Shown piece by piece: positions 23,275-33,910 of a stretch of DNA of 64,000 bases (positions are counted from its first letter, which is position 1; each line of letters starts with the position of its first letter). A program made the position numbers and the translations under genes. The DNA lies in contig NC_135670.1 of assembly GCF_964188315.1 (NCBI RefSeq), positions 29,388,001-29,452,000 on the forward strand, read 5' to 3'. The stretch is from Podarcis muralis. Its lineage: Eukaryota. Under the pieces are notes generated by a model. It saw nothing but the letters and a program-made list of their open reading frames with translations, was not told the DNA's origin and did no database searches.

Positions 23275-26200
23275 TACTACTACTGGAGCTGCTGCCAGTG
23301 TAGACAGTACTGACTGATGGACCCATGGTCTCACTCAGTGTAAGGCAGCTTTCTATGTCCCTCGGTATTAAGGGAAGGATGTGTCTGCAAAATGTCCCAG
23401 GTTCAATCCCCAGCACTTCCAGGTAAGGGTCAGGGAAAAGCACCTGTGTGAAATGGTGGGGAGCAGCTGCCAATCACTGTTGATGCACATCAAGGGTGGG
23501 CTTATGGTCGATGCGATGGGGGAATCTACTGGTTAAATATCTAGGTTATTGGTAGATCAGTAAGGGGTTCCGACTCCCCATAGTAACAACAAAAACACAA
23601 TTTTGGTTAGTGATTTTATACTTGTAAACCGCTTAGAAGCTGCCTTGGCAATTTAGTGGTATATAAAGGAACTAATAAACAACAATAAGAGTTGATAGAA
23701 AAATTATGCTGCTGCAATAAAGCAAACTTGGAGGCAACAAGACGTGAGATTGTGTGCAAAAGTAGTTCTGGTATTGAAAATAAGGGTTGTATCCAGCTAG
23801 TTCTGTGGGTGTGGGTGAGCTTTGGCCCTCCAGATCTTGCTGGACTACAACTCCCATCATCCCTGGGCATTGCCCATGCTTGCTGGGGCTGATGGGAGTT
23901 GTTCAGCAACATTGGGGAGCCAAAGGTTCCTCGCACCTAATCTATTCACTTCAGTACAGCCACGGAAATTAATCCAAGTTCATTATGTCTGTTAAACTTC
24001 AATGAGTGTGCTGAGGATGGATAACACGGGATGCAGTGAACCAAATATATTTAGCATTTCTGTTTTGCTTAGGTTACGACATACAGACAACGAGCATTTT
24101 GCACACATTCCAGACATGCGCACACCTGGTCAGACCCGGAAAAGGATGTAACCTGGATGGGGTGGGTTTGCACTACACTGTCGCATGCAATGACCCAAAA
24201 TGCAACCCCAGCGCAAATTGGGGGATGCCTGTATTGCAAAACCAGTTTGTACTCACCATTGTTACGAACCACATGATAGACTGCATCCAATGCCAGTCCT
24301 ACTCAGAATAGACCCAATGGCATTAAGAAATACGCCCACTCTATGCTCATCAATTTCTCTTTACTTACTCTGTGTGGGATTGAGTTGAACCATTGTTTGA
24401 GAGCAGCAGGCAAACCACTGTTTTGAGCCACTCTGTTATTTAGTTTTGATGGTGTGTTATCTGCACCTGGCTCTAGTTGGTCAATCCTGAGGTTACAGTA
24501 AAGAAAAGCAACATAGATCTGACGCATCTGAAATCTGCCCACCCTACGGAAGACTAGTCTGAGCTAGATACAGTGGTACCTCGGGTTAAGTACTTAATTC
24601 GTTCCGGAGGTCCGTACTTAACCTGAAACTGTTCTTAACCTGAAGCACCACTTTAGCTAATGGGGCCTCCTGCTGCTGCTGGCCGCCGGAGCATGATTTC
24701 TGTTCTCAACCTGAAGCAAAGTTCTTAACCTGAAGCACTATTTCTGGGTTAGCGGAGTATGTAACCTGAAGCGTATGTAACCTGAAGCGTATGTAACCTG
24801 AGGTACCACTGTACATTGATGGTTGAGACAGTAAAAGGCAGCTTTCTATGAATGGATTTTTCCATTGCTATAAACCCTTGTCCCTTGGCATACCTTAGCC
24901 TCTGAACTTTTCGTCTTCTCCCATGCTTTGCAGTTCTCATAATCTCTCTTCCACTGCTTACAGGAAGGCGCCTCCCCATAGGTATAGTAGTAATGGAACA
25001 GATTTGGGATGCTCTTGCAATGTTTCCATTCAGACCAGTAGTCATTGCAGGCTCGTGGGGGCTGCCAAACATACACACAAAACGTATAAGCAAGGAATCA
25101 ACACTCGTCTACAGGGCAGAGAGGACCATAGAAACTGCAACAAAGTGCTCTTCTGTTCCAGGTGCCTTCCCAGACCTGCTGAAAGAGGCAGTTATTAAAC
25201 CGCTTCTTAAAAAAACAACTTTGGACCTAGCCATCATGGCCAACTAACACCCAGTCTCAAATCTTCCATTCTTGGGCAAGGTGATTGAGCACGGGGTTGT
25301 TAAACAACTCCAGACATGCCTGGAGGATGCAGGCCATTTGGATCCCTTCCAATCGGGATTCAGGACTCATCATGGGACTGAAACTGCCTTGATCACAATG
25401 GTTGATTATCTCTGGCAGGCCAGAGACTGAGGTGAAAGCTGTTCCCTGGTCCTGCTGGATCTCTCAGCGGCCTTTGACACCATTGATCATGACATCCTTA
25501 TGGACTGTCTGAAGGAGTTGGTCCCGTTATACAGTGGTCCCGCTCCTTCCTCCTGTGCCATGTCCAGAAAGTGGTGTTGGGGGGGTGAGTGTTTGGACCC
25601 CTGGGCTCTCACTTGTGGGGTGCCTCAGGCTTCTGTCCTCTTCCCCATGCTTTTTAACATCTACATGAAGCTGCTGGGAGAGATAACCAGGGGGTTTGGG
25701 CTGGGTGTTCATCAGTTTGCTGATGATACCCAGCTCTACCTCTCCTTCAAATCAGAACCAGTGTAGGCAGTGAAGGTCCTGTGTGAGTGTCTGAAGTGGT
25801 TGGTGGGGGGTGGGGGTGGCAGTTAACAGATTGATGTTGAATCCTGACAAGACAAGAAGTACTGTTCTTGGGGACAGGGGACAGACCCCTGGTCCTGAAC
25901 GGGGTAATCATGCCCCTGAAAGATCAGGTGCACACCCTGGGAGTCACTGGACTCACAGCTGTCCATGGAGGCGCAGGTCAATTCTGTGTCCGCAGCAGCT
26001 GTCTACCAGCTCCACCTGATATGCAGGCTGAGACCCTACCTGCCCGCAGACTGTCTCGCCAGTGTGGTGCATGCTCTGGTTATCTCCCGCTTGGACTACT
26101 GCAATGCGCTCTACACGGGGCTATCTTTGAAGGTGACCCGGAAACAACTAATCCAGAATGTGGCAGCTAGACTGGTGACTGGGAGTGGCCACCGAGACCA

Positions 26201-26840
26201 TATAACACAGGTCCTAAAGGATCTTCATTGACTCCCAATACATTTCTGAGCACAGTTCAAAGTGTTGGTGCTGACCTTTAAAGCCCTAAACGGCCTCGGC
26301 CCAGTATACCTCAAGGAGCGTCTCCACCCCCCATCCTTCAGCCGAGACACTAAGGTCCTCTGCCAAGGGTCTTCTGGCGGTTCCCTTACTGCAAGAAGTG
26401 AGGTTACAGGGAGCCAGGCAGAGGGCCTTCTCAGTAGTGGCGCCTGCCCTGTGGAACACCCTCCCTTCCGATGTCAAGGAAATAAACAACGATCTGACTT
26501 TTAGAAGACATCTGAAGGCATGCCCTGTTTAGGGAAGTTTTTAAGGATTGCTGTTTTTATTATGTTTTCAAATACAGTGGTACCTCGGGTTAAGAACTTA
26601 ATTTGTTCTGGAGGTCCATTCTTAACCTGAAACTGTTCTTAACCTGAGGTACCACTTTAGCTAATGGGGCCTTGCACTGCTGCCATGCGATTTCTGTTCC
26701 CATCCTGAAGCAAAGTTCTTAACCCGAGGTACTATTTCTGGGTTAGCGGAGTCTGAAACCTGAAGCGTCTGTAACCTGAGGTACCACTGTATGTCGTAAG
26801 CCATCCAGAGTGGCTGGGGAAATCCGGCCAGATGGGTGGG

Positions 26841-26878
<38 letters not shown>

Positions 26879-27304
26879 GGAATTGTAGTCCAAAAGCAGC
26901 TGGAGAAACACTGCTCTAACTCAGCTCTTTTCAGCCCCAGTTGTTGTTGTTGAACTACAACTCCCATCCCCCCAGCTAGCAAGGGATGATGGGAGTTGTT
27001 CAGGTGTTCTGGGACTACAACTCCCATCATCCCTTGCTAGCTGGGGGGATGGGAATTGTAGTCCCAGAACACCTGGATGCCGCTATAAGGGACCTATTCG
27101 ACTCATATACCTGCATTAGGCACAAGGAATTCTGCAGCCTGCACACCTTCTGCCACAACAGACCAGTCTTTTGAGGGGCCTTTATAAAAGGCTTACACAC
27201 AACTGCCTCTCTTGAAGGCTTGTTAAAGCGGCTTCCCTATTCTGAGCCCCACATTAATCCCGCCCCCCCCCCCCGCTTACCCTCCAGGTATCGCTGTCAG
27301 CCAT
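22280..27304 (-). CDS. C22orf39: UPF0545 protein C22orf39 homolog, complement(join(27281..27304,24894..25061,22280..22405)), 105 aa
   Basis: MADSDTWR|PPRACNDYWSEWKHCKS...YGEAPSCKQWKRDYENC...|DSLCKSERERV...VWNLRKGPPVSWYLPL matches the human MADGSGWQPPRPCEAYRAEW...SLCESERARV...PPPDWHLPL pattern; all junctions are phase 0 GT-AG. Confidence 0.93.
22640..22770 (-). mobile_element. tRNA-Lys-derived SINE with CR1-like tail
   Basis: Minus strand gatagctcagttggtagagcatgagaccc...ggcaaagg...cattgcaaggggttggagtagatgac. Confidence 0.7.
22861..23280 (+). mobile_element. L2-clade LINE 3' fragment inside a tRNA-derived (Squam3-like) SINE
   Basis: LTFKALNGLGPVYL...[15 protein letters not shown]; (TAT)n tail; SINE halves at about 22775-22856 and 23283-23362. 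Confidence 0.85.
24571..24811. mobile_element. Tigger/pogo-like MITE, family 1
   Basis: CAGTGGTACCTC TIR, TA TSD. Confidence 0.9.
24894..25061 (-). CDS. C22orf39: C22orf39 exon 2
   Basis: tttggcag acceptor, 168 nt, AAG|GTATGC donor; Cys/Trp pattern conserved. Confidence 0.95.
25150..26878 (+). mobile_element. L2-clade LINE, 5'-truncated and degraded, in C22orf39 intron 1; interrupted by a MITE
   Basis: RT motifs KEAVIKPLLKK, LDLSAAFDTIDH, GVPQASVL, FADDTQLY, SRLDYCNAL; frameshifts and stops; (AAT)n tail. Confidence 0.9.
26575..26789. mobile_element. Tigger/pogo-like MITE, family 1, inside L2
   Basis: CAGTGGTACCTC TIR, TA TSD. Confidence 0.9.
26940..27078. repeat. Palindromic MITE-like hairpin(s) with ACTACAAYTCCC arms
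   Basis: 27000-27078 folds on itself (caggtgttctgggactacaa...ttgtagtcccagaacacctg); a second arm copy lies at about 26950-26999. Confidence 0.75.
27281..27304 (-). CDS. C22orf39: C22orf39 exon 1 coding part
   Basis: ATGGCTGACAGCGATACCTGGAGG|GTAAGC in a CpG island. Confidence 0.9.
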
Positions 27305-27560
27305 GCTGCTCCCTGCTCCGTCCATCCCTCCCTCCCTCTCCGTAAAGAGGCGGGCCTTTGTGACGGATTGACCCGGCCGCGCCACCGTCCGCGAGCCCAG
27401 ACGCAGTCGAAGTCAAAGAGGTAAAAGTTCCAGCGGTTCGCTTAGAGACAACTTCCGGCTCCCGTTTGCGGCAGTTTGGCTGAGGCTCCGCCATTGAAGG
27501 GGGTTAAGAGTGGCGGGGAAAGGCTGATTAGGGGAAACACTTTCCCTACCCACCCAGTGC
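27305..27560 (-). promoter_or_regulatory. C22orf39 promoter / CpG island
   Basis: CpG-rich; ACTTCCGG (ETS) near 27451; CCGCCATT (YY1-like) near 27489. Confidence 0.7.
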
Positions 27561-27945
27561 TTTTGAAATAATTGTCGCCTGTGCAGAAAAGAGAAGAACA
27601 AAACGACTTTTTTATTTTTTAAAAAAGGCTTGACTCCTGTTCCTTATTTAGTAATTATTCAGCAATATCAACTCAGTCTGGAGAGCTCAGTTGGTTAGAG
27701 TGGCTTCTCTTGGTCGTTGCCTAGAAAAATGCAGTGAAATATTATCCTTAACAGTCTACTAAGAAGTAAATATTGAGTTGAATGGAGCTTTCTCCCAGGT
27801 GGCCGAGGACAGGATTGCAGCCTAAGCGAGTCTTTTTTTTGGCTTCACTGGTTTCCCACTGTACTACCAAATTTTACAGTGTGTCACTAAGGCCCCACAT
27901 GGCAACTTAGGCATAGTGGTGTAATTGCCTAAGCACTTAATTTAA

Positions 27946-28271
27946 CTCAGGGGTAATTTAAGGCCAGGGGGCCGGATGTGGCCCAATCGCCTTCTCAATC
28001 CAGCCCGCGGATGGTCCGGGAATCAGCGTGTTTTTACATAAGTAAAATATATCCTTTTATTTAATAATAATAATAAATAATTTTTTATTTCTATCCCGCC
28101 CTCCCCAGCTGAAGCCAGGCTCAGAGCGGCTAACAACATTTAAAATGCATCTCTAGGTTATTTGTGGGGCACAGGAATTCGTTCATATTTTTTTCCCAAA
28201 ATATAGTCCGGCCCACCACATGGTCTGAGGGACGGTGGACCAGCCCACGGCTGAAAAAGGTTGCTGACCCA
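27946..28271. mobile_element. hAT-Charlie-like non-autonomous element, degraded
   Basis: gggggccggatgtggccc...aaaaggttgctgaccc ends resemble Charlie/MER20-type elements. Confidence 0.5.
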
Positions 28272-29211
28272 ATTTAACTGCACAATGTGAAAGCACAACA
28301 GTACGGTGTGGCCATTTCTTCAGCCATCAGAAGGTAGAAATTTTGCTTTTGCTCATTTATGCTGAAACATTCATGGAGGATGAGACGATCAATGGCTACT
28401 AACCCTGGTGGTTATGGTTGTGGCTCCACTGTTTTCTGAATTATCAGTTGTTGGAAATCACAGGAGGGGAGAGTGCCGTTGCGTTCAGGTCCTGCTTACA
28501 AACTTCCCTTGGGCACCTGGCTGGCCACTGTGAGGGCAGGAGGCCAGACTAGATAGGCCTTTGGTTTAAGCAGGGCTTTTCTTTATTTAACCAGGACGAC
28601 TATTAAGAAACCGTATCTTTACCATCCATTCCACATGCTTGTAAACCACTAATTTTATTCCATTTAGTTCTAGCTAAGAAACCTGCACCTGAGCTGTAAC
28701 ACTTCACAGTACAGGTCAGGTATCAAATGGCTGGATGTTCTGGCATAGAAAGGCATTCAAAGGTAAGAGTACAAAAACCAGTCATTCATACATGTGGTTT
28801 TGCTTCTGGCCCTGCCCAACACTGGCATGTGGGCCCTGGAAGGTTGCCCACAAGGCTTCCAAAACCCTGCCCTAAACTGTAAGGAAACCATGCCTTGTGT
28901 GGGAAGTTAATATACAAGAAAGCAACTTATTCAAGAACCCTTTGCTGCCATAAATCAAAAACAGCCTTCAGAAATCCACATTCTTTTCGTGTCTCTGCTG
29001 CTCAGTGTTACCAGAGTTGTCTTCATCAACACGCAACTTACAATGTTCTACTAAGTAAAACCCACTGAACCACACTTCATTTGAAAGTGCAGAACCAGAT
29101 TAGAATGTCCTTATGTTGCTTATGAACAAGAGTGCTGCCACCCCCCCCCCCCAATACAACGTCCTTTTACAAAAGAAAAGCTAAAATAAGTCAGGGACGC
29201 TGCAGTGTTAT

Positions 29212-29217
29212 TTTATT
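29212..29217 (-). terminator. Candidate UFD1 polyadenylation signal AATAAA
   Basis: tttatt on + about 30 nt past the stop; another candidate lies at 28582-28587. Which one is used is unknown. Confidence 0.4.
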
Positions 29218-29245
29218 CTTCCCGACCAACTCCTGGTTCCGGGAG

Positions 29246-29320
29246 CTACGGTTTTCTTCCTTTCTTGCGGAGTGACTGGCCTTCTCCAGAAAAGGCAATG
29301 AAGCGGCTTCCAGAGTCATC
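29246..29320 (-). CDS. UFD1: UFD1 exon 12 (terminal)
   Basis: [27 protein letters not shown]; ttttcag acceptor. Confidence 0.96.
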   Translation of the reverse strand, partial: DDSGSRFIAFSGEGQSLRKKGRKP

Positions 29321-30830
29321 CTGAAAACAGAGGGGTGGGTAATGGGAAACATTACTTTATAAACTCACATTGTTATTCATTATTACACATGCAAGAAGTG
29401 AAGACCTGGGCTTTTCAGGCAGCGACCTGTTCAGGCACCATGAGTAGCTCCAGTTTTGCATTGATCCTGTGATTTCAGCTGAGCTGACTTCTGCTTATTC
29501 ACTTATTTATTGAAAAGGCTTAGAAATGCCAAATTACACGAGGGAAACGAGTTTTAGGGTCTGTCTTGGGTGCAGTGCAAATAGCAGATGTATTGTGACT
29601 GACCAAGATCTCTTCCCCAGCTCTCTTGTCAGATTCTTTGGGTGGTGTTTTTAAGTGCTGATCTTAACCAACACTGCATGAACAGGGCTGGGTGGGGCAG
29701 AGCAGGACGGAAGAGAAAACATTCCACTACAAAGGTGGAAGGCCTTCTGCAAATGGGATGACTTCACTGGGGACAGAAAGGGTAAAGGTAAAGGAACCCC
29801 TGACAATTAAGTCCAGTCGTGAACGACTCTGGGGTTGCGGCGCTCATCTCGCTTTACAGACCAAGGGAGCCGGCGTTTGTCCGCTTCCGCAGACAGTTTT
29901 TCTGGGTCATGTGGCCAGCATGACTAAGCCGCTTCTGGCGAAACCAGAGCAGCGCACGGAAATGCCGTTTACCTTCCCGCTGGAGCAGTACCTATTTATC
30001 TACTCGCACTGTGTGCTTTCGAACTTCTAGGTTGGCAGGAGCTGGGACCGAAAACAGATCACCCCGTTGCAGGAATTCAAACCACTGACCTTTTGATTGG
30101 GAAGCCCAAGCGGCACAGTGGTTTAACCCACAGCACCACCCGGGTCCCTTCACTGGGGACAACCTCAAGTGAAAAAGCTACAGTTTTACTCACTTCTTCT
30201 ACTTTCTTGACCAGCGGCCGAGAATTTCTGATGAATGTGATCTTGCCAATTTTGAAGTCATAGTTGGGAATCCCTCTGCAGAAGAGACAAATGAGGTACA
30301 TGTGCTTCATATATTCGTTTCCCTTCTGCCTTATGGAGCCAGCTCACAATTTATAGAAAAAAGATTAACATCCAAATCAAATCGAGAAAAAAGCATGAAG
30401 TTAAGGGTTTGCTCCTGCTTGGAAAGAAGGATTTTTTTTTTTTACTTGGGTTCTAATATTTTTTAAGCTGGGGTGATGAGAGGACCCAAAAACAATTCAA
30501 TGAAGACTGAGCATGCTCAGAATGTTGACTGATGGTTAGGCGGGTGAAGGAGAATGGAAAAGCTGGAAGCCGGGAACAGGATGGGGTCTCCTAAAGGTAG
30601 GCATGGCCAGCCATTTGGCTTCTGAAATGTTCGACAACTGAATCACAGCTTCCAATTGGTTGCAAGAGCTTCCTACACTCAGTGGAAGCTGTGTTGGATG
30701 TTCAGCTTCTGAAAAATGTTCGAAAACTGGAGCATTTACTTCCAGATTTTCAGTGTTCAGGAGCCAAATCGTTCGAAAATGGAGCCATTTGGGAGCCAAG
30801 GTTTGACTGTATATAGATAGATAGTGAGAT

Positions 30831-30879
<49 letters not shown>

Positions 30880-33854
30880 TGTGCTTCAGAAGCCAGGTCC
30901 AGCTGTCTCCTTTTGCTTGGCTTCTTCTGAAAGAGTAATTATCCCCCTCACTGGTTCCTGGTGGATCAGCAATTTTAAACACATAGCTTCACAAGACATC
31001 TTTAAGTCATAGGTTGATATCAGATGGAGTTGTTGAAACGCATTATCCTAGCATGTGCGAGACTTGCCGCTGTAAACAAATGAGCCAGCCTTTCCCTGTT
31101 TGGTGCCTTGCAGATGTTTTGGACTGTGCATCTCATCACTCCCAAACCAGCACAGCCGAGGGTGAGGGATAAATTAAAGTTTTAGTCCACAATATCTGGA
31201 GGGCACCAGGTTTGGGGAAGGTAAAGTCACCATATTATCCACAGTGAGAAGTGTTGTGACGTGGGGCTTCTTTAGCCTGCTGGACAGTGATCAGAGAGGA
31301 CCTGGGTTCAAACAGGGTGACCTTGAGCTAGTTGCTCATTCTTAGCCTAACCACTAAAGACCTGCTTCTACACACCCTTCTCTGTCCTTCATCCAGACAA
31401 GCAAAAGGGATGAATACACACATTCTAACCAGGCAAAAATGCTCAGGAGGTGAAGCAGGGACCCATAATGGGGTGTGGCCTGGGGAAGAGTTCTAAGGGC
31501 CATATAGAGACGCTTGGGGGCCACATTTGCCTCCTGGACCTGAGATTTCCCGCTTCCGACACAGCTGCTGTTTCTTTTCTTCCTTTCCAAGCCATGTTAT
31601 GACACTCCAAGCGAGAATATCCAACTCGCACAAATACTGAAGCCATGGCAATGCTGCAGACAGAGATGGAAACGGCCCAAGTCATTTTACTGTTCGACAG
31701 TGGAATTTGCTGCCAAGGAGTGTGGTGGAGTCTCCTTCTTTGGAGGTCTTTAAGCAGAGGCTTGACAACCATATGTCAGGAGTGCTCCGATGGTGTTTCC
31801 TGCTTGGCAGGGGGTTGGACTCGATGGCCCTAGTGGTCTCTTCCAACTCTATGATTCTACTTGGAGGACACACAGAATTGCGTCAAGGCAAACCAACCTC
31901 CTAATGTCTTCTGGTTTAATTGGAGAAGGATTTGGCTCGACGCCTTTCTTTTTCCCGTCCAGCCTGTTCCCAGATCCTGAAAAGGCCTGCAGGGATAAGA
32001 AAGGTACAGTCATCATCATGAAATCATCACCCTTGTAAAATGGAGCATCTCAAGTCATGGCCCGCGTAGGATGATGCCTATATCCACCTGAACAGTCCTG
32101 ATCCAATTTATCCAAGAAATACCCAGAGGCAGAAACTAAGCAGAAAAACAACAACAAGAACTCTACTAAGGATTATCTTTGAAAGGCTGCCTATTAGACT
32201 GCAACTGTTCTACAGTTTGGAAAGGAATTATATCTACCGTACTTTACCGTGTGTAAGACTAGTTGTTTTTTTTCTACTGAAGTATTATGTTGAAAATCGG
32301 GGGTCATCTTATACATGGGTAGTGCTTAGGGGTGACGTGGGACTGGGGTGGTTTTGATTGGGTGTTGCTGTGGCAATTGGACGGGCAATAGGCCGCTTCT
32401 GCTGGCAAGGGGACAGACATTAGGAGAGGCACAAGTGTTAGCGTTGCCCAGGCGGGTGAGTGATTTTCGGCAAACCCCCCCCCCAAAAAAAAGCTCAACA
32501 ACTGTCATGGGACTGTCAAGGAAGGCCTTTGAGTCGAGGGGGGGGGGAGACAACTTTTCAGAGCAGGAACAGTCAGAAGAAAACGGTCAGGACATGACGG
32601 AAGGGGAAGAGGGGGAGAGCCATGAGGTGGCCTCAGCATCGCATAGGGAGCTCAGGGACAGTCAGAGAGCCTATGTCTGTGCCTTTGGCACAGGAAAGGA
32701 AAGGGTTAAAGTGCAGGGATCAGAGACGTCCCATGAAGCTACCCTGCCTCTTCTGTTGGAGGAGAAGCGGGAGAAGACCACTCCCTGAATCTGAACCGGA
32801 CGATTCGGATGCATAAGTTGTACTGTGTTGCTTGTACATATGTAAAATAAAGAACTGTAAATACCTCTCTGAGTGAGCAGAGGGTGCTTATTGCGAAGAG
32901 CATACACAAACCATCACAACAACTCTGTGCAATCTCCCCCCATTTTCTTAATTTTTAGTCCCCAAAATAGGGGGCGTCTTATACATGGGGCGTGTTATAC
33001 ACGGAAAAGTATGGTATATTCTGAATCTGGATTCGCAACATGCTGCAAGTCTTAGCATAAGTGAAACATTTCAGTGGGTTCACTGGAATATCTAAGCAGC
33101 TTCCTTCATATGGGGCGATGCAGAGGGTGTTGAGTCCCCATTTGTGGGATGTTTGATATCTATTTTTAATCTTTGTGTTTGTGAGTAGCTTTGAGTTCTT
33201 TTTCAAAATGTTTTTCTATGTGCTCGAAACCGCCCAGAGTAGCTGGGGAAACCCAGTCAGATGGGTGGGGTATAAATAAAACTGTTGTTGCTGTTATTTC
33301 TTAAAAAGCAGCTAATAAATATAGTTTAATTAATCAAAGAGACTTACACGGAATCCCAGGTCACCCACGTAGCCGCTATGGTCTGCCTCCACATCCTGGA
33401 AAGCAAGCGGGGAAACAAGTTGACTTGTTTTACAATGGCTCCACAGCACTCTTTCTGCTCAGTTCTGGTGCTCAGAAACAGTGGAGGTGGAATATATCCA
33501 CCGACAGTGAACTGGTCTAATCCTTTTCTAAAAACTATCCAAATTGGTGGCCATCGCTGTCTCTTGTGGGAGTGAGTTCCACAGTTTTGTTAAGAAATCC
33601 TGAATCTTCCAACAAAATGACCGCTCTGTTGACCAACTCAATCAAGAAAATGAAAAGCAAGGAGTAAATCAACTCGACAACCAGCTTTATCAATTTATTT
33701 GTTGCATTCACAGCTTCTTCTGAGTGGGTTTTTTGGGGGGGAGGGGGGGAAGCAAGTAAAAAGAGAGAAGAATATACAAGGCCACTTACTGTGGACTCCT
33801 CGTGCTGTGTCTGTCTTTCTGGTTCTTTGTAACCCAAGGGTGCATCAAAATCCA

Positions 33855-33910
<56 letters not shown>

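Noticed and set aside
25150-26550. Reverse-transcriptase ORFs as an active or domesticated gene
   Set aside because: 5'-truncated L2 with multiple stops and frameshifts
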